A stretch of DNA of 63,724 nt, filler included, from Octopus bimaculoides (taxonomy: Eukaryota): NCBI RefSeq assembly GCF_001194135.2. It is 6 parts of 6 records of this genome, joined end to end, with 100 filler letters (N's around TTAATTAATTAA, not from the genome) between each part and the next. Parts side by side here need not be neighbours in the genome. Positions count along the whole stretch, not along the records: positions 1 to 22,500 come from NC_068995.1; positions 22,601 to 32,533 come from NC_068988.1; 4 more parts are not named here. One strand, given 5' to 3'. Position numbers and translations under genes: made by a program. Below are positions 14,067 through 27,765 of this stretch, piece after piece; position 1 is the stretch's first letter, and each line of letters opens with the position of its first letter. The notes under the pieces were generated by a model. The model did not search any database and was not told the origin of the DNA. It saw nothing but the letters and a program-made list of their open reading frames with translations.

Positions 14067-15129
14067 TGTGTTGATTTGTTTTTATTTTTAAACTTTCGCA
14101 TCCATGTTCCCTTTATCTCCTCTTTAATGTTTATATCTATTATTCTCAGTACTTCGTACCATCTCAATCGTCATCATCATCGTCGTCATCATCTTCAACA
14201 TCGTCGTCGTCATCGTCATCATCATCATCATCAGCATCGTCGTCGTCGTCGTCATCATCACCATCACTGTTCTTATCATCACCATCACTATTTTCCATCA
14301 CCAAAACTGTTCATCCTTAGTAATTGGCCCCTTGATCATTACCGTCACCTCCACCACCACCATCTTCATCACTATCATCGTTGTCGTCATCACCATTTCT
14401 CACCCCATTTTAAACTTTCTGCTGGTGTGTTCCTCCATTTCTGTGGTAATGGTTGTGAATGTGGAACGAACCGGCTGGTCTGTTGGTTGGTTGGTTGGGT
14501 CGATGTAAATATGGACGGATTGATGAAGAATGTCTTCTTTTACTGTTTTACTGGTTCCAGTCAGAGGACTGTGGCTATGCTGGGGCATCACCAATAAACA
14601 CACATACATGTACACACAAACGCCCTCCACACATACACACATGCATGCGTGCACAGACATGCACTCACACACATGCACACACTCACACATGCACACACTC
14701 ACACATGCACATGCGCACACTCACATGTATGTATGGAGAGACAGATAAAAATATATACAATGATGAAAATATATATCATCATCATCGTCGTTTAACGTCC
14801 GCTTTCCATGCTAGCATGGATTGGACGATTTGACTGAGGACTGGTGGACCAGGTGGCTACACCAGTTTCCAATCTGATTTGGCAGGGTTTCTACAGCTGG
14901 ATGCCCTTCCTAATGCCAACCACTCTGAGAGTGTAGTGGGTGCTTTTACGTGCCACCGGCACGAAGGCCAGTCAGGCGGTACTGGCAATGACCATGCTCA
15001 AAATGGTGTATTTTACGTGCCACCTGCACAGGAGCCAGTCCAGCAGCACTGGCAACGATCTCGCTCGAATGTCCTTTCATGTGCCACAGGCACAAGTGCC
15101 AGGAAGGTGACGCTGTTTGGGGAGAGCAA

Positions 15130-15500
15130 ATGAGAATAATGAAATCATTTGAGAAAGATGGCTAGAAAGAGAAGGAAAAAAAACCCAAAATGGTGTAGGT
15201 TGTTTGTGCAGGGAATTCAGCTGTACCCCAAAATGATACACCTTGTTGGCACAGGGATCTTGTTGATCTCAAAGAAAGATGGTACAGTCAGTTGGTGCAG
15301 GGATTCAGTTGAGCCCCAAAATAGTACGGCTAGTTGGTGTAATGGTCTTGTTGATCCCAATGATAGATGGCACAGTTAATTGGTGCTGAATCCAGTTGAT
15401 ACTCACATATTGCTTATTGGAGCCAGGATCCAGATACTCCAAAGATAGTACTCCTTGTTGATGCAGGGACACAGTTAGCTGAGGGAGAGATCAAGTTGAC
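15130..15500. repeat. Degenerate ~40-bp minisatellite
   Basis: Recurring cccaaaatggtacagtcagttggtgcagggattcagttga-like units. Confidence 0.6.
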
Positions 15501-16413
15501 TTGACCAAGAGAGTCAGACCAAAATGTCATTTTACAAGCATCTGTTTCTCCCTCAGACACATTTACCTCCTTGTCCTTAAATTTCACTTCTCATCTCCCC
15601 TAGCGCGAGCCCTATTCTACTCCTCAGGGTTTATAGTCTTGTAGAGCTGCGTGGCAACTTCACTAGCATTGGTGGCACAAAAAAAAAACATTATAAGTGC
15701 ACCCAGTACATGGTATAAAGTGGTTGGTGTTAGGAAGGGCATCTTGTTATAGAAACCATGCCAAAGCAGATACTGGAGCACAATGCAGCCCTTTGTCCCA
15801 TAGGATCCTGTGAAACCATCCAACTTATATGAAAGGACTTGGAACATGGACATTAAATGTGTGTGTGATATGTTGCATTTTGAAAAAAATTACAATCATT
15901 GTGGGAAATTACTTTGAGATTCCATCCATAAAAAATACGACTAAATTAGGGTTAAAATATACAATATAATGTGCATCATAAACATAGTTAAAAATAATGA
16001 TTTTGGGATTGATCTGGTACTGCACTATTATTTTTCCTGTTTTTTAACTTAATTTTTGAGAGTGGTCATGTTCATTTTTAGTATTCTTGTTTATGAGAGC
16101 AGTCAAGTTTATTTCAGTTACGTGCTGAGGTTGATATAATCAATTTAATCCCTTTCCCCAATTTTTGAGGCCTTGTACTTCCATTAGAAAGAATTATTAT
16201 TATTATTATCATTATACAACAGTGATGAAGGCAAAGAAAATAGAATATTTTTTTCGATATTTTATATTATAGTCTTTTGGTTTCTCAGTATTTAGTTGGA
16301 ATCCTGTTTAAACTAGTGTTGCTTTTATCTCTTGAGCAATGATAAAATATATATCAATTACATATTTCAGTTGATAATAGCCATTATTTTATCATATAAT
16401 AAATATAAGCTCC

Positions 16414-16465
<52 letters not shown>

Positions 16466-16559
16466 GTGACCTTTCTAATGCTCCTATTTCTTTTCCGTTA
16501 AAAATCTGAAACTATGCACCTCAATGAATAATCATTATTCTTATGGAAAGTCTTGCTTG

Positions 16560-16599
<40 letters not shown>

Positions 16600-17805
16600 T
16601 TGATGTTTTTGGAGATTATTGAAGACTGCATATCTTTGTTGGAGCCAACCAGTCTGTCTGGAAGCAATTCCTGTGCCAGGGGAACCTCCAGACAGGTGTG
16701 GAAACAGGAAATTAGAATCTTTTGTTTTATCATTGCTAAGAAAGGAGTATTGTGTAATTAGCAAGGCTGAACTTATACCACTCTGACAACTTTAAAATAT
16801 CTCCAGACATCTAAGCATGGCTGAGTGGTTAAGAAGCTCACTTTGCAGGTTCAATCCCACTGTACATCATCTTGGTCAAGTGTTTTTTTTATTTTGTCTG
16901 GGGCTGACCGATGCTTTGTGAGTGAATTTGATAGATAGGAAGCAGGATATGATTTGAAGGAGCTATGACTACTATTTCCAGCAAGTTGAGTGACTCTGCA
17001 GAAATTACCTTTATTATCAGATTCTAACCAACTGATACTATCTCCCACCTCCTGCTCTTATAAATCTATCCTCTCTCTCCTCTCCTCCCATGGCCCTCTA
17101 TATCCTCTCTTATGCTCACCTTCATGTACCCTAAGAGTTTGCTCTGGTACTCCATCTACCTTTTTTTTTTATCCCCTTCTCAACTACCCATCCCTATATA
17201 ATCTAGGGGTAGCCGTGTATTTCCTCTATAGCAAGACGTCTGTGCTTGTCCCTTTTTCATACTTTAGCCTTTCAATGCCTGGTATACAGCCACCTCCCCT
17301 TATCATACTCTACCCCCACTTGGAAGCAAGGGGAGCTATTTTTTTTTCCTTTTCCTGGTTCTGTTTTTTTGTCTTGCTGAGTTACACAGTAACCTCACTT
17401 GTGCTGGTGCCACATAAAACACACTCAGTACTCGCTGTAAAGTGGTTGGCGCTAGGAAGAGCATCAAACTGTAGCCAAAGCTATCACTGGAACTCAGCCC
17501 TGCAGCTCACCACCTGACTGGTACTTGTACCGCCGGCACGTAAAAAGCACCATTCGAGCATGGTCGTTGCCAGTGCCACCTGACTGGCCCTTGTATCGGT
17601 GGCATGTAAGAATACCCACTACACACTCAGAGTGGTTGGCGTTAGGAATGACATCCAGCTGTAGAAACTTTGCCAGATCAGATTTGAGCCTGGTGCAGCC
17701 TCCTGGCTTACCAGTCCTCAGTCAAACCGTCCAACCCATGCCAGCATGGAAAACGGACGTTAAACGATGACGATGATGATGAGATTGTGTGCTTGTATAT
17801 TTGTA

Positions 17806-17842
<37 letters not shown>

Positions 17843-17889
17843 GCATATTTGAATTTCTGTGTGTGTGTGTGTACACTTGCATATTTGAA

Positions 17890-17920
<31 letters not shown>

Positions 17921-18036
17921 TCCCCAGCTGCTGATTAAAGTTTGAAAAGCACAACAGTGAAATACAAGCACATGTACTGCAATTACATTTAAGTGATTAA
18001 TTACTGTCTGCACCACATCTCCACTACCACGGGGGC

Positions 18037-18069
<33 letters not shown>

Positions 18070-18396
18070 TGCATATAATTCATATTATGTGCATGTGTGT
18101 ATATGCATCTGTGTAGGGTTTATTGTGTCTATCGGATTGTATTTGATTTTGCGTCAGTTTGATTGTATGTGTGTGTGTATGTGCATGTGTGTGACTATGT
18201 TGGGTACTTAAGCCGTCAAAATTCATCAGTTAGTATCAGTTGGTTGGCATGCTTTTATCTAAGAATCAATAAAACAGCTAAAGTGTGTGTGTGTGTATGC
18301 ATGTGTGTGTGTGTGCGCATGTGCATTGTATATGTATATATGTGTGTGTGCAAGTATAGTGCATTTGTGCATATATATCATGTGTATGTGTATATC

Positions 18397-18427
<31 letters not shown>

Positions 18428-18481
18428 ATATACACACANNNNNNNNNNNNNNNNNNNNNNNNNNNNNNNNNNNNNNNNNNN

Positions 18482-18548
<67 letters not shown>

Positions 18549-18644
18549 GTTTCCTATTTCTCTTTATTTGTATTATTTTGCTTATTTATTTATTGTAAGC
18601 TTCCTCATTCAGCAGCTTGTCTTCATTTCTTAAACTCTGATATC

Positions 18645-18704
<60 letters not shown>

Positions 18705-18990
18705 TGCACACACGCACACACATTCTGTATATCTAGAACTATCTTTGTATATTCTATATCTATGTATTTTGTTTGACAATGTATTTTGTATATATGTATT
18801 GTCTGTGTGTATATATATATGTGTGTATGTGTGTGTGTGTATGTATGTATATATGTATGTATGTATATATGTGTGCGTATGTGTGTGTGTTTATCCATTT
18901 TGTCTGGCTTGCCTGCTGCCTGTCTGAGTTTTGTGAAGTGTGGTGTGTGTGTGTGTGTGTGTACACCTGTTTGATTCTGAGTTCTTTTGG

Positions 18991-19029
<39 letters not shown>

Positions 19030-19150
19030 TTGTTGGAGGTACATGTAGTTAGCAGTGTGTATATATATATGTATTCCTATTTAATTCTAAGAAGTATGTA
19101 TTTGTGTGTGTGTGTATATATATATTTGATTGTGTGTGTGTGTGTAATTA

Positions 19151-19181
<31 letters not shown>

Positions 19182-19184
19182 ATA

Positions 19185-19239
<55 letters not shown>

Positions 19240-19595
19240 TCTTTTACTTGTTTCAGTCATTGACTGCGGCCATGCTGGAGCACCGCCTTTAGTCGAGCAA
19301 ATTGACCCCAGGACTTATTGTATACATATATATATATACATATATATACATATATATAGATACACATATATATATGTGTGTGTGTGTGTATATATATATA
19401 TGTATATATGTGTGTGTGTGTATATATATGTGTGTATATGTTTGTATATATATGTGTGTATATATATATATATATATGTCTATATATGTGTGTATATATA
19501 TATATGTGTGCATATATATGTATATATGTGTATATATATGTGTGTGTGTGTGTATATATATGAGTGTGTATAATTACATACATATGTGTATATGT

Positions 19596-19633
<38 letters not shown>

Positions 19634-20253
19634 TCACATACAATGTATGTGTTCTGTCTATTTGGATTCCATCACTCTGATGCAGCATTCATTGATGTAC
19701 GAAGTAAACTGAATGAAAGCTGATTATGACAAATGTCTGGGTGTCGGTGGTGTTGGTGGTATGTGTAAAAAGCCAGAAAATACATTGTGTGTGTTTGCGT
19801 TTGTGTGTGTGTGTGTGGGTGGGTGGTTGCGTATAAAACGTGTGATGCTACTTGTCAGTGACAGACAGTGAGATGTTAGAGGATTTCTCCTCACGGATTG
19901 ATGTGTAATGTTAAGGCTAACTTGGAGTTAATTGAGTGTGACTGTTATCAAATGCATTGAACACACACACACACACAACATGCGTGCACACACACACACA
20001 CACACACACACTTGTACACATATGTAATATACATATCATCACTTGTTTTAATGGCCACTTTTCCATGCTTGCAATGAGCCAGATGGAAATTGTTGAGGCA
20101 GGGCATTGTTCTATGACCAGACGTCCTTCTTGTCACCAACCCCCCTTTTGTTTCCAAACAAGGTAATGTGGTAATGTTTTTATGGAAGATTGAAAATAAA
20201 TGATATTGCTTGTATGATAATGACCCCCTTTTACATCTATCATATTTTGTCTA

Positions 20254-20296
<43 letters not shown>

Positions 20297-21672
20297 ATAC
20301 AATGGGTTTTTCAGTTTCTTATTTCTTTACTACCCACAAGGGGCTAAACATAGAGGGGACAAACAAGGACAGACAATGGGATTAAGTCGATTACATCGAC
20401 ACCAGTGCGTAACTGGTACTTAATTTATTGACCCCAAAAGCTTGAAAAGCAAAGCTGACCTCAGCAGAATTTGAACTCAGAACGTAACGGCAGACGAAAT
20501 ACCGCTAAGCATTTTGTCTGGTGTGCTAACGTTTCTGCCAGCTCACCACCTTGGATTTTTCCGGTTTCTGTAAACCAAATCCACTCACAAAGCTTTAGTT
20601 GACCTAGGGCTTTAGTGGAAGGTGCTGCACGATGGAACTGATCCTGAAACCATTTGGTTAGGAAGTGAACTTCTTAACCACACAGGCACTCTTGTAGTAC
20701 CTATGTTTTTTTTTTTATGATTTTGTCACAAACCAGGCTTCTGGTCACTGTAGCAAAAAGGACCACAAAGAGGGAAAGAAAGGGGCCTCCAAATTCAAAG
20801 GATGTCGGTTGACAGAAACCTTAAAGAACTGAATATCATAAAAATTTGTTGTCAACATGATGGTCCCTGTCTTTGGAGTCTTTGGAGGCTAGGGTCTTTA
20901 GCTCATCATCTTGCAGCTAATAATTGCCAAGTAAACTTCTTAACCAAATAGCCATGCCACCCTTTAGCATTTGATCAGCATATTTATCTATTCTCTAAAT
21001 TATAGTGAAGTCCAGAGTGGAATATTGCTCCCATATTTGAGACACTGTTGCTGCTACACATTTAAGCATCTTAGAGTGCATTTCCCCTTCAGATAAAAAA
21101 AAAAAAGAAGGGGGGACACTCAACTGATTAGAATGGAATTTCTTACCAATGTGCTCCCATCCTTATCCCATAGTGAGAAGCTCTCTTCTCACTTTCCGTT
21201 TTCTACTGTTACTACACTTTAGGGTTTGCTAGTCTGTTCTTTTCACCCGTATTGTATCCCTGCACTGGTATACCCCCTCCCCCCTAGTATATTATACCCT
21301 TTAAATTCCTTCCCTGCTCATGCTCATTGCTGCACTGACGACCATGACTAATCTTTCTTCCCCAGAATGTTAATATCCATGAAATTCCCCTCTCTGCTCA
21401 TGCTTTTCCTGCATTCCTTGGCCATATCAACCTCACCAAACTTGTGGGGTGGCTGTGAAGGCTATGCTTACGACCCAATCCCTTGAAAAATAAGGGGGGA
21501 AAAATGGCTGTGTTTTTGTCTTTCTTTTGCAGACATTTTGTATTGTTAGTGTATTCCTGATGCAGACACAATGAGACACGGATGTGTTGCTGTGACAATG
21601 ATGCTTCCCCCAGATCTCACTTACCATCTCTTCAGTAGACTTCAGCACAGTTTCTGACTACCCGATTCCGCG

Positions 21673-21705
<33 letters not shown>

Positions 21706-21834
21706 TTTTACTGTAATCACGATTAGATAGAAGATGTTTTGTTGTTGTTCACAAGATTGATTTACAGATAAGCAAAAGAAAAAAGAAGTAGGTATGCATG
21801 TCGTGTGTTTAAATACATGGATGTGTATTTGTAT

Positions 21835-21896
<62 letters not shown>

Positions 21897-22289
21897 AGAG
21901 ACAGAGAGAAACAAAGAGGGGCAGCTTGTAGGAAGAGAAAACTAATGGAAGACAAAAATTTTGCAATAAATCCAACTAAGATCGCTAAATCTTTTTAAAC
22001 ACCAATTATCACTTCTGGAAGCGTTAGTTGGTGTGTGAGTGTTTATTTATATGTATATGTATGTTTAGTGTGTGTGTGAGTGTGTATGCATTTATGCTGC
22101 CGTGTTAGTATGGCTGCTCAGAGAATTTCTGCGAAGTAAAGGAAGAATATAAAATCTAACTAGATGAAAAGAGTTTAAGAGCATTAACTGGGTTTCTTTT
22201 AATAGAGTTGTCACTATCATTCACATCACCACCACCACCACTACCATCATTGTCAGCAACGTTCGTAATCAAAACTATAAACATGTACA

Positions 22290-22500
22290 TCAATCATCAT
22301 CAGCATCACAGTTATCATCATTCTCATCAATCATCATCAGCATCACAGTTATCATTCTCATCAATCATCATCAGCATCACAGTTATCATCATTCTCATCA
22401 ATCATCATCAGCATCACAGTTATCATCATTCTCATCAATCATCATCAGCATCACAGTTATCATCATTCTCATCAATCATCATCAGCATCACAGTTATCAT
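22290..22500. repeat. 34-37-bp minisatellite running into the gap
   Basis: (atcatcagcatcacagttatcatcattctcatca)n. Confidence 0.9.
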
Positions 22501-22600
22501 NNNNNNNNNNNNNNNNNNNNNNNNNNNNNNNNNNNNNNNNNNNNTTAATTAATTAANNNNNNNNNNNNNNNNNNNNNNNNNNNNNNNNNNNNNNNNNNNN
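22501..22600. other. Artificial 100-bp join (44 N + TTAATTAATTAA + 44 N)
   Basis: Same structure at 32534-32633, 39791-39890, 43220-43319 and 56659-56758; TTAATTAATTAA gives stops in all six frames. Confidence 0.95.
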
Positions 22601-22907
22601 TGTGAGTGTTTATTGAGCGAAAACACCTAAAGCTCCACGATGCTCCGGCAGGGGATGGTGGCGAACCCTGCTGTACTCTTTCACCACAACTTTCGCTCAC
22701 TCTTACTTCCTGTTTCTGTTGTGCCTGTAATTCAAAGGCTCAGTCTTGTCACAGTGTGTCACGCTGAATATCCACGAGAATTACGTTAAAGGTATACGTG
22801 TCTGTGGAGTGCTCAGCCACTTGCACGTTAATTTCACGAGCAGGCTGTTCCATTGATCGGATCAACTGGAACCCTCGACGTCGTGAGCGACGGAGTGCCA
22901 ACAACAA

Positions 22908-22908
<1 letters not shown>
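22601..22908 (+). mobile_element. SINE family A, head lost in the gap
   Basis: Aligns with the reverse complement of 35246-35614. Confidence 0.88.
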
Positions 22909-22959
<51 letters not shown>

Positions 22960-23695
22960 AATATATAAATGTATTTTATGTGTATTTGTGTGTGCGTGTG
23001 TATGTGTAGATTACTGAGTTTTTCTAAGTCCTGTAAAAGAACTTAGAAGGTGTGGCTTGCACCAGGTCTTACACGATACTCTTAAAGCTAGGAACTTACT
23101 ACAAACATATATACATACTACAAACATATATACATGTATATAACTATATACCAATCTGCCTAAATGTAATTATGCACCATAAGCGCATACAAGATGTTCT
23201 AGCATGGTAAAAACACAATATACTGTGTTCTGACACAACATCCACCTATAGTAGGAGATAAATATTAACTTTTTGATATACATATGTATGTGTGTGTGTG
23301 TGTGTGCGTGTGTGTGTGTGCGTGTGCGTGTGTGCGCGCACACACATATATATGTACATGTATATGTATGTATGTATACATTGCATTCTGATCAACTTCA
23401 AGCATTTGCTCTGTGGAAACATGATGTAATAAAATGTTCTCCTTGAAGAACTGTTGTGGAGCAGCGTTCAATTGCTCTATGAACACCGACTTCAGAGTAT
23501 ACAAATATCTACAAAGGCAAACTATGTCTCTGGATGCAGGATTAGCTGGGTGGAGGTGTTTGTCTCCCCTTCGTAAACATAAGGATACAGGAAATGTGTC
23601 AAGGCCGACAGGAAGCGGTGCAGCTTCTTAGGGCTAAATAGCAGTAGTATTATTCCCCTCATGGGATTGTCACATTAAGTTGACAGCATACAACT

Positions 23696-23726
<31 letters not shown>

Positions 23727-24061
23727 NNNNNNNNNNNNNNNNNNNNNNNNNNNNNNNNNNNNNNNNNNNNNNNNNNNNNNNNNNNNNNNNNNNNNNNNNN
23801 NNNNNNNNNNNNNNNNNNNNNNNNNNNNNNNNNNNNNNNNNNNNNNNNNNNNNNNNNNNNNNNNNNNNNNNNNNNNNNNNNNNNNNNNNNNNNNNNNNNN
23901 NNNNNNNNNNNNNNNNNNNNNNNNNNNNNNNNNNNNNNNNNNNNNNNNNNNNNNNNNNNNNNNNNNNNNNNNNNNNNNNNNNNNNNNNNNNNNNNNNNNN
24001 NNNNTATATATATATAGATATAGATAGATAGATAGATAGATAGATATAGATATATATATAT

Positions 24062-24095
<34 letters not shown>

Positions 24096-24199
24096 GGATG
24101 CCAGCGGTGCATTCCAGAAGTTTTGACACATTTCCAGCAGAGACATCAATGTCAAAGAAATACTAAAACCTAATCTCCTTCACAGTAGGATCCTGACTT

Positions 24200-24300
24200 G
24201 AATGCACTTGTATAGCTTTAACTTCAGGGAATACTCTTTATTGACCGTCTGGCCAGAGGGAACCCACTAAGTGTTGATGTTGCCCTTGTTGGCGAAAAGG
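24200..24300 (-). mobile_element. Mariner transposase fragment
   Basis: WVPSGQTVNKEYSL (compare FVPxGQTVNKEYYL); 23380-23500 may be its decayed C-terminus. Confidence 0.6.
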
Positions 24301-24627
24301 AGATCATCATGGCCTAGTGGTTTGAGTGTTGTACTCATGGTTGCAAGATCGTTGTTTCAATTCCCAGACCGGCGGTGAGTAGCATTCTTCAGTAAAAAGC
24401 TTCATTTTATGTTGCAAATGAAACACATATAATGGAGAATAGGTAATACCAAAATATTTTCATTTTCCTGACTTGTTATTCAACAACTCTGCAAATGATA
24501 ATTCCATAATTCTAAATTTTTATGTATGTTTCAATTTACATACAACAGTAACTATGGTTACATACTGACTGTGATAGTGGAATAAGTAGATGTGTTTCCA
24601 GAGGAAACAGCTGGATTTACGGTAACT

Positions 24628-24658
<31 letters not shown>

Positions 24659-24769
24659 AATATATACACACACACACACATGACAGAAGTAAATTAAAAT
24701 TTATTTAAATCTGAAATTATACATTCAAATTATCTATTAATTGTTATAATGTGAATATTTGATATTTAG

Positions 24770-25480
24770 TAGACATGCCCTTTGCATTTTTCAATGCAAT
24801 GATCCTATTAGACACGTTACTGATCAGATGACGAATATTCCCTTGCAGAATTTCTTGCTAAGTTTCATGCAATAATCTCCAAAGATCTGGCTTTGAAGAT
24901 GATTTCTTTTTCTTTTTATGAAGTGTCTTGTCCATTATGCCCCAGAGGTGTTCCATAGGGTTCATATCTGGAGTCTGGCTTGGCCATGCAAGCTTTTTAA
25001 TGCTATTTATTCTCATCCAACAAATCTTCGGTCATTTTCATTGTGTGATGAGGTGCCCCATCTTCAATAAATAAAGAGTCTTTTTTATCATTTCACCACC
25101 TGAGAAGATTGGAAGGAGTCCTTTCTGCAATAGGACATATATTTATCTGAGTTTATGTTTCCCTCACACTCCACTAGCTCTGATAGACAATTGCTCCAAA
25201 TTGCTCTCGAGACCATCACAGAATAACTGACATGTTTCATTGTTGGCTGTAATCTTTTCACATCAAATTCTTGATCTCAAAGTCTCCAGACCCACACTCG
25301 ACCACTGTCAGAAAGTACAGCGAATCTGAACTCATTGAAGAATATGACCGTGTCCCAAAATGCTAGTGGTCTCTCCACCATCTCACTGGCCCAATCTTTT
25401 CTCCGCCTGATATTGGCTGGTCAAAGAAGTGGCTTCCTTCTTGCTACTCTGCCATAGTAACCAAGTTTGTGGAGATATTT
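24770..25480 (-). mobile_element. Decayed Tc1-like transposase
   Basis: WPSQTPDMNPMEHLWGIM (WPSQSPDLNPIEHLW) and C-terminal ISNVSNRIIALKNAKGMSTKY. Confidence 0.85.
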
Positions 25481-26038
25481 GCTGATCCCTTAGTTATGTT
25501 TATAAATATATATGAGCTTTTAAATAAGTTCTCAACCAATAATGGTGCTTACATACCGATGGGCTAGGTAAAAATTATTAATTATTAATTGTTGATTTAT
25601 TAATGAATTAATAAATTGATAATCNNNNNNNNNNNNNNNNNNNNNNNNNNNNNNNNNNNNNNNNNNNNNNNNNNNNNNNNNNNNNNNNNAGGCGTGGTTG
25701 TGTGGTAAAGAAGTTTGCTTCCCAACCATATGTCTCTGGGTTCAGTCCCACTGCATGGCACCTTGGGCAAGTGTCTTCTATTATAGTCTCGGGCCGTTCA
25801 AAGTCTTGTGAGGGGACTTGGTAAACGGAAACTGAAAGAAGCCCGCCGTATATATATGTACATATATATATGCATATATGTGTGCGTGTGTGTGCGCGCG
25901 TGTGTGTCTGTGTGTGTTTGTCTCTTTGCCTCTCCATCATCGCTTGACAACCGGGGTTTGAACTCACGGCCTTATGATCGTGTGCCGAATACCCTAACCA
26001 CTAAGCCACGCGCCTTCACACGCAGACACACACACACC

Positions 26039-26078
<40 letters not shown>

Positions 26079-26139
26079 TATCCTAATTTTAGCCTTTCTA
26101 CAGTCATGTAATCATTTACTTATATTTATACACCAATAC

Positions 26140-26250
26140 ATACATACATGGATGTATACATACATGGATGTATACATACATGGATGTATACATACATGGA
26201 TGTATACATACATGGATGTATACATTCATGGATGTATACATACATGGGTG
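26140..26250. repeat. 16-bp tandem repeat (tacatacatggatgta)n
   Basis: About six consecutive units. Confidence 0.9.
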
Positions 26251-26794
26251 TATACATACATATATATACATAAACGCATNNNNNNNNNNGTATACATACA
26301 TGGGTGTATACATACATATATATACATAAACGCATATATACATACATATATTCATACACACATGCACACAAAGAGAGGCAGACAGACAGACACATTCACA
26401 ACAATACAAACACAAATCCATTTGATATATGCAGGGCCTTAAATGCAAACATTCATCTTCGATGTAAAACAAAAAGAAAACAAGTATTTCTAAAGATCAA
26501 GGTTTTTTTCTCTCCTGAAAACCTGATATTATTCAGAAATACTAGTAATTTCCCAAATTTATGTCTCACACAAATTCCTCATCGCCAGACTATTGTCTAT
26601 TGTGTGCGCGCGTGTGCGTGTGCATGCGCGCGCGCGCGTGTGTGAGAGAGAGAGATCATTACTTCTTTCATTTAACTGCCCTTGTCCTTTTCTCCTGCTT
26701 TGATTATTTCTAATGAGACATCTGTAAGCGTCTCCTGTTCTGTGTCTGAATACATTTATACATGCTTCCACCCTCTCTTTCTCCACGCAAACAC

Positions 26795-27190
26795 ACGTGG
26801 CTGTGTGGTAACTAGCTTGCTTACCAACCACATGGTTCCGGGTTCAGTCCCACTGCGTGGCACCCTGGGCAAGTGTCTTCTACTATAGCCTCGGGCCGAC
26901 CAAAGCCTTGTGACTGGATTTGGTAGACAGAAACTGAAAGAAGCTCGTCGTATATATGTATATATATATGTATGTGTGTATATGTTGTGTATCTGTGTTT
27001 GTCCCCCCAACATCGCTTGACAACCGATGATGGTGTGTTTAGGTCCCCGTAACTTAGCGGTTCGGCAAAAAGAGACCGATAGAATAAGTAGTAGGCTTAC
27101 AAAGAATAAGTCCTGGGGTCGATTTGATTCGACTACAGGCGGTGCTCCAGCATGGCCGCAGTCAAATGACTGAAACAAGTAAAAGAATAA
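26795..27190 (+). mobile_element. SINE family B copy
   Basis: Aligns with 40566-40964; further copies at ~25690-25950 and 27818-28198. Confidence 0.88.
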
Positions 27191-27309
27191 AAGAATATAT
27201 ATATACACACACAAACACACAAATGTATGTATATGTATAACATATATATTCATGCATTATTTACATTATCTACATTTGACAGATATTTGTCTTCATCTTG
27301 TTTGTTGTT

Positions 27310-27355
27310 AACACAACGTTTCGGTTGATATACCCTCCAGCCTTCATCAGGTGTC
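27310..27355 (-). ncRNA. Inverted second copy of the same hammerhead (one stem II mismatch)
   Basis: Reverse complement gacacCTGATGAaggctg...caaccGAAAcgttgtgtt. Confidence 0.8.
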
Positions 27356-27399
27356 TTGGGGAAATTTCGAACCTGGGTTCTCATTTCTAAGGTATTTTT

Positions 27400-27475
27400 G
27401 GGGTATATGGCGTAGTGGTTAAGAGCGTGGCTACTAACCCCAAGATTCCGAGTTCGATTCCAGGCAATGACCGGA
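27400..27475 (+). ncRNA. tRNA-derived Pol III cassette (SINE-type head) between the hammerhead arms
   Basis: A box TGGCGTAGTGG, B box GAGTTCGATTCC, ctactaa anticodon-like loop, followed by (CAT/AAT)n; lacks a complete acceptor stem. Confidence 0.75.
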
Positions 27476-27551
27476 AAAATCATCATCATAATAATAATAA
27501 TAATAATAATAATACATTAGGAATGAGAACCCAGGTTCGAAATTTCCCCAA

Positions 27552-27597
27552 GACACCTGATGAAGGCTGGAGGGTATATCAGCCGAAACGTTGTGTT
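27552..27597 (+). ncRNA. Minimal type I hammerhead ribozyme (Penelope-LTR type), intact core
   Basis: GACAC-CTGATGA-A-GGCTG(10 nt)CAGCC-GAAA-CG-T-T-GTGTT: stem I GACAC/GTGTT, 5-bp stem II, palindromic ACGT stem III, GUU site. Confidence 0.85.
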
Positions 27598-27724
27598 AAC
27601 AATAAGCAAGATGAGGACAAATATCCGTCAAATGTAAATAATGTAAATAACGTACATAATTCCTCATCCCTTAAATATAGAACTGTATTATATATATACA
27701 TATATACAAACATTGACACACACA

Positions 27725-27765
<41 letters not shown>

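Larger units (their letters stand above)
27257..27650. mobile_element. Non-autonomous Penelope-related element: ~140-bp inverted arms around a tRNA-like core
   Basis: 27257-27396 is the reverse complement of 27511-27650 with few mismatches; each arm carries a hammerhead. Confidence 0.75.

Noticed and set aside
20740-20860. Possible RTE LINE C-terminal remnant
   Set aside because: Only a faint GRPK-like resemblance; too short to support.
27400-27475. tRNA gene
   Set aside because: Has A/B boxes but no complete acceptor stem; this and the other tRNA-like heads are SINE-derived.
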